Positions 33,595-46,039 of a stretch of 64,000 nt of DNA are shown one piece after another. The position numbers were made by a program, and so were the translations under genes. The notes below the pieces were generated by a model. It searched no databases. It saw only the letters and a program-made list of their open reading frames with translations, and was not told the DNA's origin. Each line of letters opens with the position of its first letter. Position 1 is the stretch's first letter. The DNA is from Podospora anserina (lineage: Eukaryota), in assembly GCA_017654855.1 (NCBI GenBank), contig CM030332.1, positions 6,820,001 to 6,884,000 on the forward strand, in the 5' to 3' direction.

Positions 33595-36139
33595 CACCAA
33601 CAACACCAACAACACCAACAACACCAACAACACCAACAACAACAACAACAACACCAACAACAACAACAACAACAACAACAGACTCAACCCCCCCCATTGT
33701 CTCTGCCACTGCCTCATTCCCAGTCCCACTCGCACTCGCACTCGCACTCCCTCTCTCATCCCCATCCGCACTCGCACTACGATCCAATCTACCCCGGATG
33801 GTCCTCTTCGGCACAGAGCGCCAGTCCCGCATATCAGTGGGTGGCCCCCGCTTCTGCCCCCGGCCCTCCCCCGTCACATGCCGTCCCGCTCCTTTCGGTT
33901 CCGTTGCAGCTGCAGTCAATCCTGAGGCCGTCAGGCTCCGATCAATTCTTTCCCAACGGCGGAGCAGGGAGTACAAACCCTAGCGGGTCCAACTCTGTGC
34001 TACCCAGCTTTCACTCGAACCAAAATCTTCCACATCTCGATTCCACCGTGCCACCACCCTTCTCCTTCCCCTACCGCCATCCTTCTGCCCTCCACCGGTT
34101 TTCGGTGGCGCCAGCTATTCAGAACCACCAGAGCCACTCGGGCTTGCCACAAGCTCCGTCTTTTCCTCAAGCGTCAACCCAAAACCAAACCCACCAACTT
34201 TACCAGAGTCAGCCTGGCCGGGAGGCGCTGTCTTCCGTAGCCATGAATACCGACCGCCCTTCTCCCGGCGATGCCCCCGCCGCTCAGCCCTCCCAGGCAG
34301 CTTCGGGTACCAACATGTCTTCCAACCCAAGTTCCGGAGCCGGCCCGGCGTCCTCTGGCTTGCCCCAGCCGGTCAATGGCTCAGGGGAGCCGTCGAGACG
34401 ATCGGATCGTGGCCCCGGGAGCAACATGGCGTCCGGTCAGTTACCGCTTCCCGAACCTCGCCCAATGACCGCCGGTGACTCGACCCTGGCCATGTATCGG
34501 GGGTTCAGTGGTGAACAACGCCGAAGCGTGATTCGTCGAGCTCGTGCTGAGCTGGCCCAACCAACCGGCGACGACTACGATGAAAGCGAAGAGGACTACA
34601 GCCCGATCGACGACGACGATGAAGCGTACCGCTTTGCCTCCCAGTTCGGCCACGGATACATGCCGGACGAGAGTCGTCTCCGCCAACAGCAGCTTCTTCG
34701 TGGCCAGATGTCGAGCAACAAGCGTGTGGCCTCCAAGAAAGCATTGGCCTCACTGCAGAGCGTCGATATGGAGAGCCTGACGGCATCCGAGAGAAGTAAG
34801 TGCCCCCTGCCCCTCCAGGTGTCAGTTCGAGCTCAACGGTGCTGACTTGGCTGACAGCCTGTGTCATTTGCTACAATGACTTTGGAGTGACGAGTCCCGA
34901 GGGGATCAGCGAGGCTCCGCTTCGACTTCCAAAGTGCAAGCACATTTTCGGTGACCACTGCATCAAGAAGTGGTTTGAAGAGTCTGACAGCTGCCCTTAC
35001 TGCCGAGACAAGGTGCCTTCTGACCCTGTCATGCCCCCCAGTGTTCAGGGATATATTCGAGCGTGAGTTGTTTGGGATTTCAAAAGCTGTGGCGCTGTCG
35101 AGTGGGTATGCTAACAGCTGTCAACAGGACGGGAGAGTTTGTAGGAATGCCATATCGGCATGGCCCAGAACCAGGCAGCCGATTGCCTACCCACCCGCCG
35201 TCGAGAAGTGTCCAGAGCGGGGAGCGCCGGGCCTCTCCCTCCGACCCCTCGACCGAAAGCATGCGGAGGACTCGGGCCCGTTTCGGTGCCGCCCGTGGCT
35301 ACGGCCCTCCAGCTTCGAACTTTGCCACTCCTTCGGGCTCTCGCCCGGGGCCTCCCCATGGTGCTTTCCCGAGCATGGCCAGTTTTCCTGGCTCAGTTGG
35401 TGCTGCCCCCCGGGGGCCATTCCAACCAAGTGGCCCGCTAGGAGCAAGCGGTGAGCAACAGATGCCCCTCCCTGCCCCCCCTGTTTCCTTTCCCTTCACC
35501 CAAGAAAGTTCCGTCGGGCTGACTGGGCTGCTTCGCGCCGGGCGGCAGCTCCAACCGGGTATGGGCAGCAACAGCAACATGGGCAGGGGCACCCTCCTCC
35601 CCGATACTATGCGCCATAACCTGTTGCAGTTTTCGGCGCCGCCTGCACCGGCCGACTCTCTGAGGAGCCCTTCGATCCTCCGTCCTAACCCGTCTGCTTT
35701 TCCGTCTTTGTTACCCGATCTGAACGCACCATGCACGCACCCATTTTCGGCAGCTGTGCGTCAGGGAATGTCCGCCCGCGGCGCGAACCCTACTACTCAG
35801 CCGGCCCCAGCCCCCCGGAACTTGTCAAGAGCCAGACCGGGATACAACTCGACATACTCGACCACGAGGGACGGCCGGTCAAATGCCGACTTGATTGCGG
35901 AGGTAGAGGCTCAGTTGAGAGCAGAGACGCTTGGACTGGCTTCCAGCAGAACGTTGGGTGGCCCACAGGTCGTTCGCGAGCGGTTGCACCAGCAACGGGC
36001 GTCATCAACAAGCTCGCTCGCTCCCCAGCGAGGTTATGGCCATCCGCAGCCTCAGTTGCCCCAGAACGCCCGCGGGGAAGCGGGTGAGCCGCCACAAAAA
36101 CGACGTCGGAGCGGTGGCTTCAGCGAGGGGAAGCAGTGA
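33208..36139 (+). CDS. RING-H2 E3 ubiquitin ligase with long disordered arms (San1-like architecture), 2 introns
   Basis: Introns at 34796-34857 and ~35063-35127 yield CVICYNDFG...PLRLPKCKHIFGDHCIKKWFEESDSCPYCRD (C3H2C3). Q/H/P/S-rich flanks and a C-terminal NLS-like PPQKRRR. Confidence 0.82.
33526..33680 (+). repeat. Compound CAG/CAA/(CAACACCAA) microsatellite encoding a poly-Q/QQH tract, followed by (HS)n
   Basis: Seen directly in the sequence. Confidence 0.92.
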
Positions 36140-38134
36140 GCGAAAGGCGGCCACTGAAAACGAACCAGCTTTTGTGATTTCTTTTTCTCTTTTTCCCTTC
36201 ATCCTTAATACCCAAACTCGTCTCTTTTTCTTTCTTTTTTTTTTTTCCCCATCAACTCTGCGACATTTTCGTCTCCTCCCCTGATGCCTTTCGGGAGTCG
36301 ATCTATACCATGCCTCCCACTCTTTGTTTTCTCCTTTTCTTTTTTCTTTCCCACTCGTACCACACAGACAATATGGGCATAGACTTTTGATTTTTTCGGG
36401 AGCAACACAAAACGGCACAGCAGCTGAAGTTCTGAGGCTTCTTTCTTCACTCGCCACTATTTTCTTTTCGGCGCTTTTTAACCTCGTGTGGCTTTGATCA
36501 TTGCGAGCCACGGGTTACCAACAAGAACGGCGTTTTCATTTTCGCCAGTGGGAGGAAAACGAAACGCGATTTGGGATGGCTTACGCGGGAGCTCGGTTTT
36601 TCGGTTCAGTCCACCAAGAGTGGCTTTTCGTTTTCTTTGACTGGAGGGGTGGGAAGGAAAGGGAATGGTTTTGGTTTTGGCTTGGTGCTGTTTTTTCTCA
36701 TTTGGCCTCATTGCGAAAACGAATCGGCTATGAGAGGACATTGTTCGGAAGGGGGGATTCATGATGGAGTTTTGTCACCTTTTTTTTTTTTTTTTTTTTT
36801 ACGTTGACAATCAGTCTGCGATTTGCGATTCGGTGGGGATTGCGTCCGGGAAGAATGAGACCAGGCAGCGAAGAACGGACAGCAAGTGAATCTACGAGAA
36901 CGGAGAAGGAAGAGAGATTTGCAGCGGAGTGAGCAAAGGGCATGGAATAAGTGGACTGGACTGGAAGTGATGATGGGACGGGTAGTGGGATTGGTAATCT
37001 CGCCACTTTGAGGGGGGCGGTGGCTAGACGAGATGAGATGGGATGGATGGGATCCGATTTCGTGCCTTGGGCTATTGTCTCTTTTATACTTGTTACCCTG
37101 AATTCGTCGTCACTTAGGTCTAGCTTCTTTCGTTGATGCCTCCTAGCCTTGTGGTAAACAGGAGCAAAGGCTGGCGAAACAGAATAGGGAGACAACAACA
37201 CTCTTCTCACTAAGCGCTTGGTGTTCTGTGGGATAGTTGTGATTCATGGAGAGGAATAGCAGCAGAATAAGCGATGGTTAAATATGTTTTGCGGTGCATG
37301 AAACCAAGCAGAGTGGATATATCTCTGAAATCCTCGACACCAGCTCTAGGGACGTCTGGCACTGGTCAATAACACCTACCTACCCCTTCACTTGAATAAC
37401 ACACGAAGGTGAATACGAAACTTGCCCTTCTGGTCTCATTATGAGTCTCCTTATAGCGGAACCCCTCCCCTATCCTTTTTCAAATATATATATATATAAT
37501 ATAAAAAAGAGTTTGCTCTTGAGATATTCCATCCTATCTGACCAAAGATATCGGGCAAGCACACCAATGACAAATTTAGCAAGGATAGAAATATACATCC
37601 TTTCTAGTCGTCCTGGCCGGCTTGAAATAGCTAATACTGTAAGTCGAGAGATGACAAGAAGAAGTATATCTACTGGAAAACATAGTCATAAGGGACGTAA
37701 GACGTTCTCAGGCATGGCGAAGAGGCTACGTGGACTCGAAAGGATGATTGGTTAAGTGCGGGTAGGCATGAGAGAAAGCTTTTGAGGCCTGAGAAGGAAC
37801 GGATCTATCTTTACACATGAGGCAAGGATGGAGTGGGTCTAGTTATAAGGGACAATAGTATATTTTAAGAGGAGGTTATGTCGGGGGGGTTGTTACCTGC
37901 TTGGACGAAAGCCGGTTACAGTTGGAGGTGTCATCTCAGCTTGCGGGTTGAAGATGATCAAGAAGCAATCGCAAGTCGAGTCCGTCTTTTTTTCTTTTTC
38001 TTTTTTTTTTTCATCCAGTCCCGGATTATCATATCATTCTCAAGAGGAAACTGGAAGACCCAATAAAGCTCGTTGTTCAAATTTCAAAATATCTCTCGTT
38101 GCTCAACACACGCCAACACTATATATCCCACCCC

Positions 38135-39404
38135 TCATAACTTACTCTTCTTGGCCTCCGCCCCCTTGCTGCTCTGCGCCAGCTCCCACGCAAATTCAGC
38201 AAACAGCGTCCTCGCATCCCCGTGCCTCTTGGCCTGCTCACTGCTCGCCTGCCTCCTCGCCAACCTAGCGGCAATCCCCTGGCAAATCGCCGCCAACCTG
38301 AAAATACTAAACGCCTGCGCCCACTGCAGCTCCCTCCTCCTCGTCTCCACCACCGCCCTATCCTCCTCCCTCGCCTCGGGCTCCAGCACCGCAAAATACA
38401 ACTCTGTCAAATCCTCCCTCGACGGCAACCCCCTCGTCGCCTTGGGCAAGAACCCAGGGTGCAAGTGCACCGACCGAGCAGGGTCCAAAAACGCGGTGTA
38501 ATACGGCGTCAGCAAGTTCGCCAAATCGGAAAGGGGGTGCCCGATGGTGGACATCTCCCAGCTTTGTTTGTGACAGCACTTGTTAGCATGGTAGTCGCAA
38601 GCAGCACAGGGAAGGAGAAGGGGGTCATACTCCAGAATCCCAATCACCCTCGGCTCCGTCTTGTGGAAGACCAGGTTGTCAATCTTGAAGTCTCCGTGGA
38701 TCAGCGTCCCCTTGTCCGCCGGCTGGGCCTTCCCATCGCTGAAAAAGGCCATGAGCTCCTCGAAGAAGGGGAGTTGTCCGACTTGCTCTTTTGTGTCCAC
38801 GTCCTCGACCGCGGCCTGGGCACCGCAGATCTGCTTCCAGGTGGCGATCTGCCGGTTGTAGAAGCCGTCGTGGCGGCCGAAGCTCTCCAGCCCGACGCTT
38901 TTTGGGTCGATGCGGTGGAGTTTGGCCAGGGTGCGGACGGCGTCGGCCCAGATGGCGCGGCGGTGGTCGGGGAGGACGTTGGGGATGACGGGGTCTTCGA
39001 AGATGCGCCCGTCGAGGAACTCCATGATGTAGAAGGGGGTGCCGATGACAGAGTCATCTTCGCAGAGGCAGTAGGCTCTGGGCACGGGGACGTCGGTGGT
39101 GGAGAGGGCGGCGATGATGCGGTACTCGCGCTCGACCTTGTGGGCGGTTTTGGAGACGAGCTTTCCGGGAGGCTTCTTGCGGAGGACGTAGCGGTCGCCC
39201 GAGGGGGTGGTGAGCTGGTAGGTGGGGTTTGATTGGCCGAATCCAAACTGTTTTGTGGTGTTAGCAGTGGTGGTGATGAAGGGGGGTGGTGACGAGGTGA
39301 GTTACCTGGTGGACTTCAAGGGGCGTCTCAATCTCAGGGACGGTCTTGTTCAGCCATCGCTCCAGCGAGCGGATGTCGATTGGGTGACGGACTCTTCCTG
39401 CCAT
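38135..39404 (-). CDS. APH-family phosphotransferase similar to the ACAD10/ACAD11 N-terminal kinase domain, with PTS1; 2 introns
   Basis: MAGRVRHPID...Q|FGFGQSNPTY...YVLRKKPPG...AHKVEREYRII, catalytic HGDFKIDN and GILD|WEMSTIGHPLSDL; ends AKKSKL*. Confidence 0.9.
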
Positions 39405-40503
39405 TGTGAACTGTTTCCTTTTCTAACTTTGCGCGCAGTAGTCCAAACCAAATTAACCAAACAAAGCGGTGTTGTTTTTATAGATGTCGATATTCAGCCT
39501 CCCCTCTTCAACTTGGTATCCGGGACTCGACTCAAGCAACAAACACCCCCGCCACCGCTACTTGCGACTGGCTGGCGCGCTGGGGTTACGGAGCTGTAGC
39601 GAACACAAACACCAATGAGAAAGCGAGCGCGTACTTGCTTGATGACGCCAGAACGAAGCAGCAAAAAGGGGACAATGGTGAATGCTACAGGTCCATGGTC
39701 AAATAATAGGAAGGCCCTACTATCCGAGGCTGCGGCTACGAGAGCGAACGCGGTGGTGGTGATGATGGACTTGAGCCGAGGTTGCAACGCAAGTTCCTAG
39801 GTCAGCTCTCCAACAGCGAGGCGAGGCACAACGTGAGCCAAGCCCAGCCGGCGGCACATTTCCGGCAGCGCCCCGGCACTGGATCCGCACCCCGCACGGG
39901 GCTAGCCGCTTTGTCTCTCCGATTTCGATGCAGTTTGAACATACCGATATCTGATGGGAGTTCTTCAATATCATATGAAATGAATGAGACTGCTGACACG
40001 TTGACCAACTCATGAAAAACTGTCAAGTAGACTGCAGCAAAATTGGACGCGCAGAAGCATGATGACGCTCCTGGCCATCAAGGTGCAACTCCTCCAGAAG
40101 CCATCATCACCAGTGGGTCATCACTCACGGTTTGGGCACCTTACCCCAGATTCCCTCCTCCTCCTCCTCCAGACTTTGGGGGAAGGCTTATTCCCGCCAC
40201 ACCATCGGGAACCATCTTCCTTCCTCTGAGTGAAAGCACCTCATCTGTTTCCTGAGATGGTGTTTGGTTGTCTCCGAGGTCGTCATCATTCGAGTCGAAA
40301 CCTCGAAGCAGTATCGCACAAACACCATGGCGCTGCGGCATTGACAAAAACAACTTCCACCTACAAAAAAAAAACAAAAAAAAAAACAGAGGAAAGAGCT
40401 TTGAAAAAAAAACCAGCATCAACCAAAGATCAAAGTGGAATACCAGACTGCATGAAATTGGACATTTTGAAGTGTGCAAAAAAAGTTGCAAAAAGAAGAA
40501 TCG

Positions 40504-40623
40504 AATTCTGGATGTACCAGAGGTTTTGTTTCCAAAGATTGTAGAATGGAGTATTTGAGGCCAACTCACGGTCACATCCGGTAAAAGGCAGGAAATGAGT
40601 TCGGACTGAGCGGGCCTACTCCG
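40504..40623 (-). ncRNA. U5: U5 spliceosomal snRNA
   Basis: Minus strand reads GGAGTAGGCCCGCTCAGTCCGAACTCATTTCCT-GCCTTTTAC-CGGATGTGACCGTGAGTTGGCCTCAAATACTCC...AATCTTTGG...TCTGGTACATCCAGA. This gives the invariant loop 1 GCCUUUUAC on a long stem (GGAGTA/TACTCC, GGCC/GGCC), a Sm-like site and a short 3' stem-loop. Ends are approximate. Confidence 0.9.
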
Positions 40624-40643
40624 GCAAGAACCTGCAAACTTGG

Positions 40644-40657
40644 GGCTTATAAGAGCC
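40644..40657 (-). promoter_or_regulatory. Candidate TATA element of the U5 gene
   Basis: CTTATAAG about 25 nt upstream of the inferred U5 5' end. Confidence 0.45.
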
Positions 40658-41259
40658 TGCTCCACTAAAACTATGAATCAATGCGTTTTGCACAATAGCA
40701 CAAATAATGCTTCACAACCTGATCATTGTTTATGCAACTCCCTGTTTCTCCATCTTCACTTGATCGTGTGTGTCCCTCAGTCATTTCAGTCATTCACAGT
40801 GCCAACAAAGTCACACAGGCCAGCTAAACACCTCGTTGGACATCTTCAACGCACCTCGATAGACATCCGGCCCCAATAGCGGGCGAAAACAAAAACCGCT
40901 TCTTCAGTCCACAAACCTCATCTAAACTGCCAACAAAAGAAAAAAAAGTCGTCTTGAGCTTGTAGCACATTTGTCCAAACGCTTCCATCTGCTTTGATTC
41001 ACAATTCACCTAGTTGCCGATCAGCAAATTAGTTCCCGACTGTCAAATAGACTGTCAAATAGGAATATTTCAGCGATTGCACCGCCTGTGTCGAATGTGG
41101 TGTCGTCTTCTACCTTTATTATCTCGATATACTAACATGCGCCCTTTGTCCTAATCTTCCGTCCAATGATGCTATATTCCCAACCTCTAAACGCCATTTA
41201 CACAGTGGTATCATTTTGTTATCCCTACAAACTCCAGAACCTTTCACTCTCAGTCCCAT

Positions 41260-44166
41260 CTAATCATCCTCAATATCATCATCACTGATCACCAAACTCT
41301 CCATCGGCAACCTCTGCATCTCCTCTTCTCCATCCCCCGCCTTTTGCGTCGGATGAAGAATCGCACCCAGTCCCATCCTCCTCTTCTTCCGTGGAGTCAT
41401 CTCCTCGGTCGGTTTATCCGTAGCCCAAGAGGTTGCTGCCTCTTTCGCACCTCCGCTGTCCTCGTCTGCCGAGTCCGCCCCATCTTCCTCGTCCGCACCC
41501 GCTCGACCAATGCCCCTGAAGGAAGCGATCTTTTCCAGCTCTTTAGCTTGTGAGGTGCAAAACGCCGATCGGTTGCGGCGGGCGATGTGCGCCATGTATG
41601 GTAGGCGCTCGAGCAGAAGCTCTTGACGAGCGGCATTGCCAAGTGATAGTAGAGGTGTATGAGAAGGTGGTTCTGCTTTTGGCTGCTGCTGGTTGTGACG
41701 AGCAGACGAGGCGAACTGGCTACTGGTGGTCCCGAATGGCACTGCTTTCCGAAAGGCAGACGCACCATGGGAACCGCCCCCTTGTGATGCTGATGAGTGG
41801 TGACCAGGCCCACCATATTCCCCTTTAAGCATCTTGGTAGCCATCAGGTCCGTCAGACCCTCCAGTTCCTCCTTCGTCCGCCACAGTTTCAGATACGTAG
41901 GATAAAACATCTTGTAAGCATCGTTGCCACGGCTACCCCCTTGCGTAGGGTGGCTTTGCCGTTTCACGGGCGATGGCAGCGAAAAGAGCAGTCCTCGGAC
42001 AGCAACCTGAAAGGCCATCTCATCCTGCCTTAAAACATGGCTGCTTGAATCCTTCCCTGCATACCCACCTCCATAGCCTTTGCCTCCAAAGAAGATATCC
42101 CAGGATGGGCACAGGAGGTCAGCTTCAGATAGGTAATCAAGGCAGCCGTTGATGTAATCCAGCGATGAGTTCTCATCCTGAGGCGAAGTTTGCTCACACG
42201 ACAAGGGGTAGTTCTCGTGTAATGCTGAGATAAACGTATGGGTATCAGTTCCAGTCTCATCCATCAGCGTATCAACCGAAACAAGCGATGGGTTAGGCTT
42301 CGCAAACCGCGCCATATGGCTAGGCAGCGTTTCTGCTGCCGATGCTGGTTCGCCTGTCAGCTTACCACCTCTCTTGTTGTACACCACTTTGCCCACGGCA
42401 TGGAATATCCCGAGCGTCGCCTCTCGCTGCGAAACGAGCTCTAAGCTATCCTTCTCACCCTTGGTCAAAGTGGGCACGCTTTTCGATTTCTTCGTCTTGG
42501 CCAAGGCGACTTGAGAACCCCAATCGGTATCATCGTCGCCTTTGACGCAGAGAAACTCCAAGGAGGACACAGCACTGCGGATATCACCAATTTCGCCCAG
42601 TCGCTGCAGCACAAGCGGTCCGGGTGTCCGTCGTCTTCCCGATTTGCGTGCCTCTTTTTGCACTATCACCTCCAAGGCTTTCGCCAGGAGTGTTGGTGCA
42701 ACAGGGTTGAACTCAACGATTGCCGTCCCAGGGTGTCGAAGAACCTCGGGTCCTAGTAATCGATGTGCCGTAAAGCTATCTGCTGAAGCAGACGCAGTAG
42801 TGAGCAGTGTTTCCGAAATAACCATGACAATAGGCGTGATGGGCCCCGAAGAAGAAGCCCGGCCCCATCCCACCATGGCCGGCATATTCGCTGCCAAATA
42901 CTGTATTATCGCATTTCGAAAAGAGACCAACCCTGCAGATGACCGCATAAAGGTGTTGGGAAACTCTTCAATCAAGATCAGCTTCTTGTCTGACCCATTC
43001 TGTGCCGGCAAATGCGGAGGCGCCATCTCTGGCTCCTGCTCTTCGTCTTCTTCGAAGTCTAACTGCCCAAATTTCCCACCCCGACCGAGGAATTCTTCGA
43101 ATTGTGATGCTGCGCTCTGGTAAGCCTGCCCCACAGCCCCGAATGAATTGCTTGGGTTCCTCCACTCCAGAACCTCGCATTTCAGATCCTTGGCGAGCAG
43201 TCGTAGCGTTGTCGTCTTCCCTGTCCCTGCCGCTCCCTTCAAAATCAACAACCGTTGTCTTAACCTCCCACCATACACATCCTCCAACCACCTTCTCACA
43301 TCCGCCACCTTCTTCTTATGAACCGCCAATTCCTCCAGGTTAACCGGTCCATACTTCTCCGACCATGGCCGCGGATCGTCGTCTATTATGCTCGGCTTTT
43401 CCACATGTTGCGTCTGGCTAGGAGTTTGACTCGCAGACATAACAGTCCCACCCCTACTCCTGTTCAAGAACCTCGCCCCTCCCGCGCTCAGACTCCCGTT
43501 AGAATGCTGCGATAGCGGCAGTTGCGATGCTCCAACCCCAATCCCACTCCCATCGTTTTCTTTCCGTTTCTGAGCCCTCAACCCAATGATGCTCTTCCCA
43601 GGCTGTGTAGTTACCGTCGCACTGGCACTCCTCCTCACCAGCGGCATATCATCGTCATCAATAGGGTCACTGATGATATCCTCAATCTCCAATACCTGTG
43701 TCTTGTTTGTCGTAACCCCATTACCCTTGTTACTTCCCGTCCCAGTCGAGTTCCGTTGCGCCTGTTTCGAAAACAACGTCCTTAAATCGCCCGACTTCCC
43801 CTTCTCCTCCTCCAGCGCCCTCTTCCCAGCCGCCGCTCGAGTAGCCCGTGTCTTGATCGGGCTCTTCGATTGGGTTCCTGCAGCCGCAGCACCAAAGTTC
43901 CTACCCCTCTTCCGTACCGGACTCGGGCTTTCCTCGATTATCGACTCCTCCAAATCCAATCTTGATTGTGATTTTTGCGGTGAGTTCTCCGGTGATGAGA
44001 CCAAAAAACGCTGGATAGTGTTTCGACCCGACGTTCGCGTCGCGGGTCTGGGTTTTTGTTTCACGGGTGGGGAAGGAGAGTGGTTGATATCAAAGTCGGC
44101 ATCGTCATCGTCCGAGTCGTCTATCACGGCGGCGCGCTTCCGGCGTTTGGTTGGTGGGGGAGGCAT
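41260..44166 (-). CDS. RAD17: Checkpoint clamp loader Rad17 (S. cerevisiae Rad24 homologue)
   Basis: PWSEKYGPVNLEELAVHKKKVADVRRWL, Walker A GAAGTGKTT, LILIEEFPN, GDIRSAVSSLEF, IFHAVGKVVYNKR, and an acidic C-terminal tail SDDDIEDD. Confidence 0.93.
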   Translation of the reverse strand: MPPPPTKRRKRAAVIDDSDDDDADFDINHSPSPPVKQKPRPATRTSGRNTIQRFLVSSPENSPQKSQSRLDLEESIIEESPSPVRKRGRNFGAAAAGTQSKSPIKTRATRAAAGKRALEEEKGKSGDLRTLFSKQAQRNSTGTGSNKGNGVTTNKTQVLEIEDIISDPIDDDDMPLVRRSASATVTTQPGKSIIGLRAQKRKENDGSGIGVGASQLPLSQHSNGSLSAGGARFLNRSRGGTVMSASQTPSQTQHVEKPSIIDDDPRPWSEKYGPVNLEELAVHKKKVADVRRWLEDVYGGRLRQRLLILKGAAGTGKTTTLRLLAKDLKCEVLEWRNPSNSFGAVGQAYQSAASQFEEFLGRGGKFGQLDFEEDEEQEPEMAPPHLPAQNGSDKKLILIEEFPNTFMRSSAGLVSFRNAIIQYLAANMPAMVGWGRASSSGPITPIVMVISETLLTTASASADSFTAHRLLGPEVLRHPGTAIVEFNPVAPTLLAKALEVIVQKEARKSGRRRTPGPLVLQRLGEIGDIRSAVSSLEFLCVKGDDDTDWGSQVALAKTKKSKSVPTLTKGEKDSLELVSQREATLGIFHAVGKVVYNKRGGKLTGEPASAAETLPSHMARFAKPNPSLVSVDTLMDETGTDTHTFISALHENYPLSCEQTSPQDENSSLDYINGCLDYLSEADLLCPSWDIFFGGKGYGGGYAGKDSSSHVLRQDEMAFQVAVRGLLFSLPSPVKRQSHPTQGGSRGNDAYKMFYPTYLKLWRTKEELEGLTDLMATKMLKGEYGGPGHHSSASQGGGSHGASAFRKAVPFGTTSSQFASSARHNQQQPKAEPPSHTPLLSLGNAARQELLLERLPYMAHIARRNRSAFCTSQAKELEKIASFRGIGRAGADEEDGADSADEDSGGAKEAATSWATDKPTEEMTPRKKRRMGLGAILHPTQKAGDGEEEMQRLPMESLVISDDDIEDD

Positions 44167-44685
44167 TGCGCCTGGGTTTGGGTGAAAGCTGTAGGTGGTT
44201 TGCACGGGACTGGAATGCGGTGATTGATTTGTTTGAAGCTCTATCGACCCGATGGAAGTGAAACATCCATCATTTGGAAAGTGGTTTGGTGAAGGTTCAG
44301 GTTGTGTGGGAAGCTGAAAGCGTTGACAAGGCTGAAGGCTGCGTCTTGGATTGGGAATTCAAGTTGCGGTGCCCCGGCGCCAGGCAGCCAGCGGGCTGCA
44401 GGGGGGACCCTGACGATCCACAAGGTCTGTGCTCCTACGTACAGATAGGACAGCCCTAACCCTTCGCTTTGTCACCGCAACCACGATAGCTAACATGAAG
44501 AGACATGAATTGGACCGAGTATGAAATTATATGCATGCTACAATCTCCTTGATGATATTGCAGTTTTGATGCCAAAAAGAACCCCCAAAATATAACATGT
44601 AAGCTCAGCTGAAACGACCGTTTCGATGCCAACTCAAAGATCAACTTCCGCACCCATATCTCAACCTCCCCTCTCCCTCAACCCT

Positions 44686-46039
44686 TCAAAACCACCCCTC
44701 AAAATCATCACTAAACCTCACAGCAGCAGCCAAATACTTCTCATGAACATCCCCCCAAGTCCTCGCCGCTTCCCTCATCGCCCGGATGGCTATCATCCCC
44801 GTCTCGGTCAGCAATCTCATCTCACACTTCATCATCAGGAAGGAACTCACCCTTGACATAATGCGCATCAGTAGCCCACTCCCCCGTCAAAGCCTTATGC
44901 TCAACATACTTCCACCCCTTCCCCTTCAGCTCCCCCTCCCCAGGCACATAATCCACGTCGATCTTCGGTCTCAAGACAGCAATATACGCCGCCAAGGCCA
45001 ACAACCACCACTGTCTCACAATGCTGACATGGAATTTCGCCGGAATGAACGGCAAGAGAACTCTCACGGCGTGGCTGGTGGTTAGAACGTGCACCAGAAA
45101 GAAGTTGTAAGAGTGTGTTCCCGGGGCAACGGTTGCTACTAAAAGCTGGACAGCGGCTTCTTGTGAGAGCTGGAATTGTTCTGCTGGGGAGCAGGCAGAG
45201 GAGGTGATGTCCCAGGCATTCCAGTACTCCAGCACCAAGGCTTCGGATTCTTTGCTGTGGAAGAGGGCTTCGATGTTGGAGAAGGCGGGGGTTTTGAAGA
45301 GATTGTCGAAGCGGGTGTCGTTGGAGAGCTTGTTCAGGAGCTCCAAGGGAGTGGATGAGGTGGTTGGTTTGACGGTGTAGGTTGGGTCGTCGAGGTATCT
45401 GTGGAGATAGTTGTATTGTGTAGAGGCAAGACCGAGGGCCTCTGTGGCGATCTCGCGACTGTCGAACTCGTAGGCGTAGCCAAGGTGGATGAGGGGGTGA
45501 CCGACTGATGGTGGTTAGTAAGATGAGTCAAAACGAGTGGGTAGGCATGACATACGACCGCCAACAAGACCATTGACGAGGGGCTCATCTCCGGAGAACA
45601 TGTACTCCTCCACTACACCCTTCCACTTATACGCGTGCTTCATCGCCAAGGCATCCTCGAAAAAGTCTACAAAAGCTCTTTGGTATCTTTTGTCTCCGAG
45701 GAAATCACGCCAGTCTTCCTCGCCCATCTCTGCAGGGGAATCTTTCCACGGCTCGAGGGTTTTGGCTTCCACTTCGAATATGTGATACAAGTGTTGTGAT
45801 TCTGCGCCGAGCAGATATGATGAGCACAGAATGTGCGCCATGTGGTTGTCGAATTCGAGATTGTGGTACAGAATGGAGTGATTGACATGGTTGGCCTTCA
45901 GAAGATGCTTCAACGTGCGCGGCCTCTTGTCCGGGTCTGCTTCCACATTGTGAACCTCGACGGGAGGAAGATCGATGGTAGTGGGCGCCGCTCTCACCAG
46001 TCGGTTGACTAGCGGGATGTATGAGAGGAAGGATGTCAT
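44686..46039 (-). CDS. AflY/HypA/questin-oxidase-like protein, 2 introns
   Basis: FDNHMAHILCSSYLLGA, LVGG|LGHPLIHLGYAYE, YNFFLVHVLTTSHAVR and DAHYVK|AIRAM are the His-containing motifs of this family. Confidence 0.8.

Noticed and set aside
37430..37900. AT-richer stretch as a possible RIP-mutated transposon or solo LTR
   Set aside because: No terminal repeats, target-site duplication or transposase remnant visible.
40018..41062. ACTGTCAA(G/A)TAGACTG near 40019 and tandem GACTGTCAAATA x2 near 41038, flanking U5
   Set aside because: Too short and degenerate to support an element boundary.
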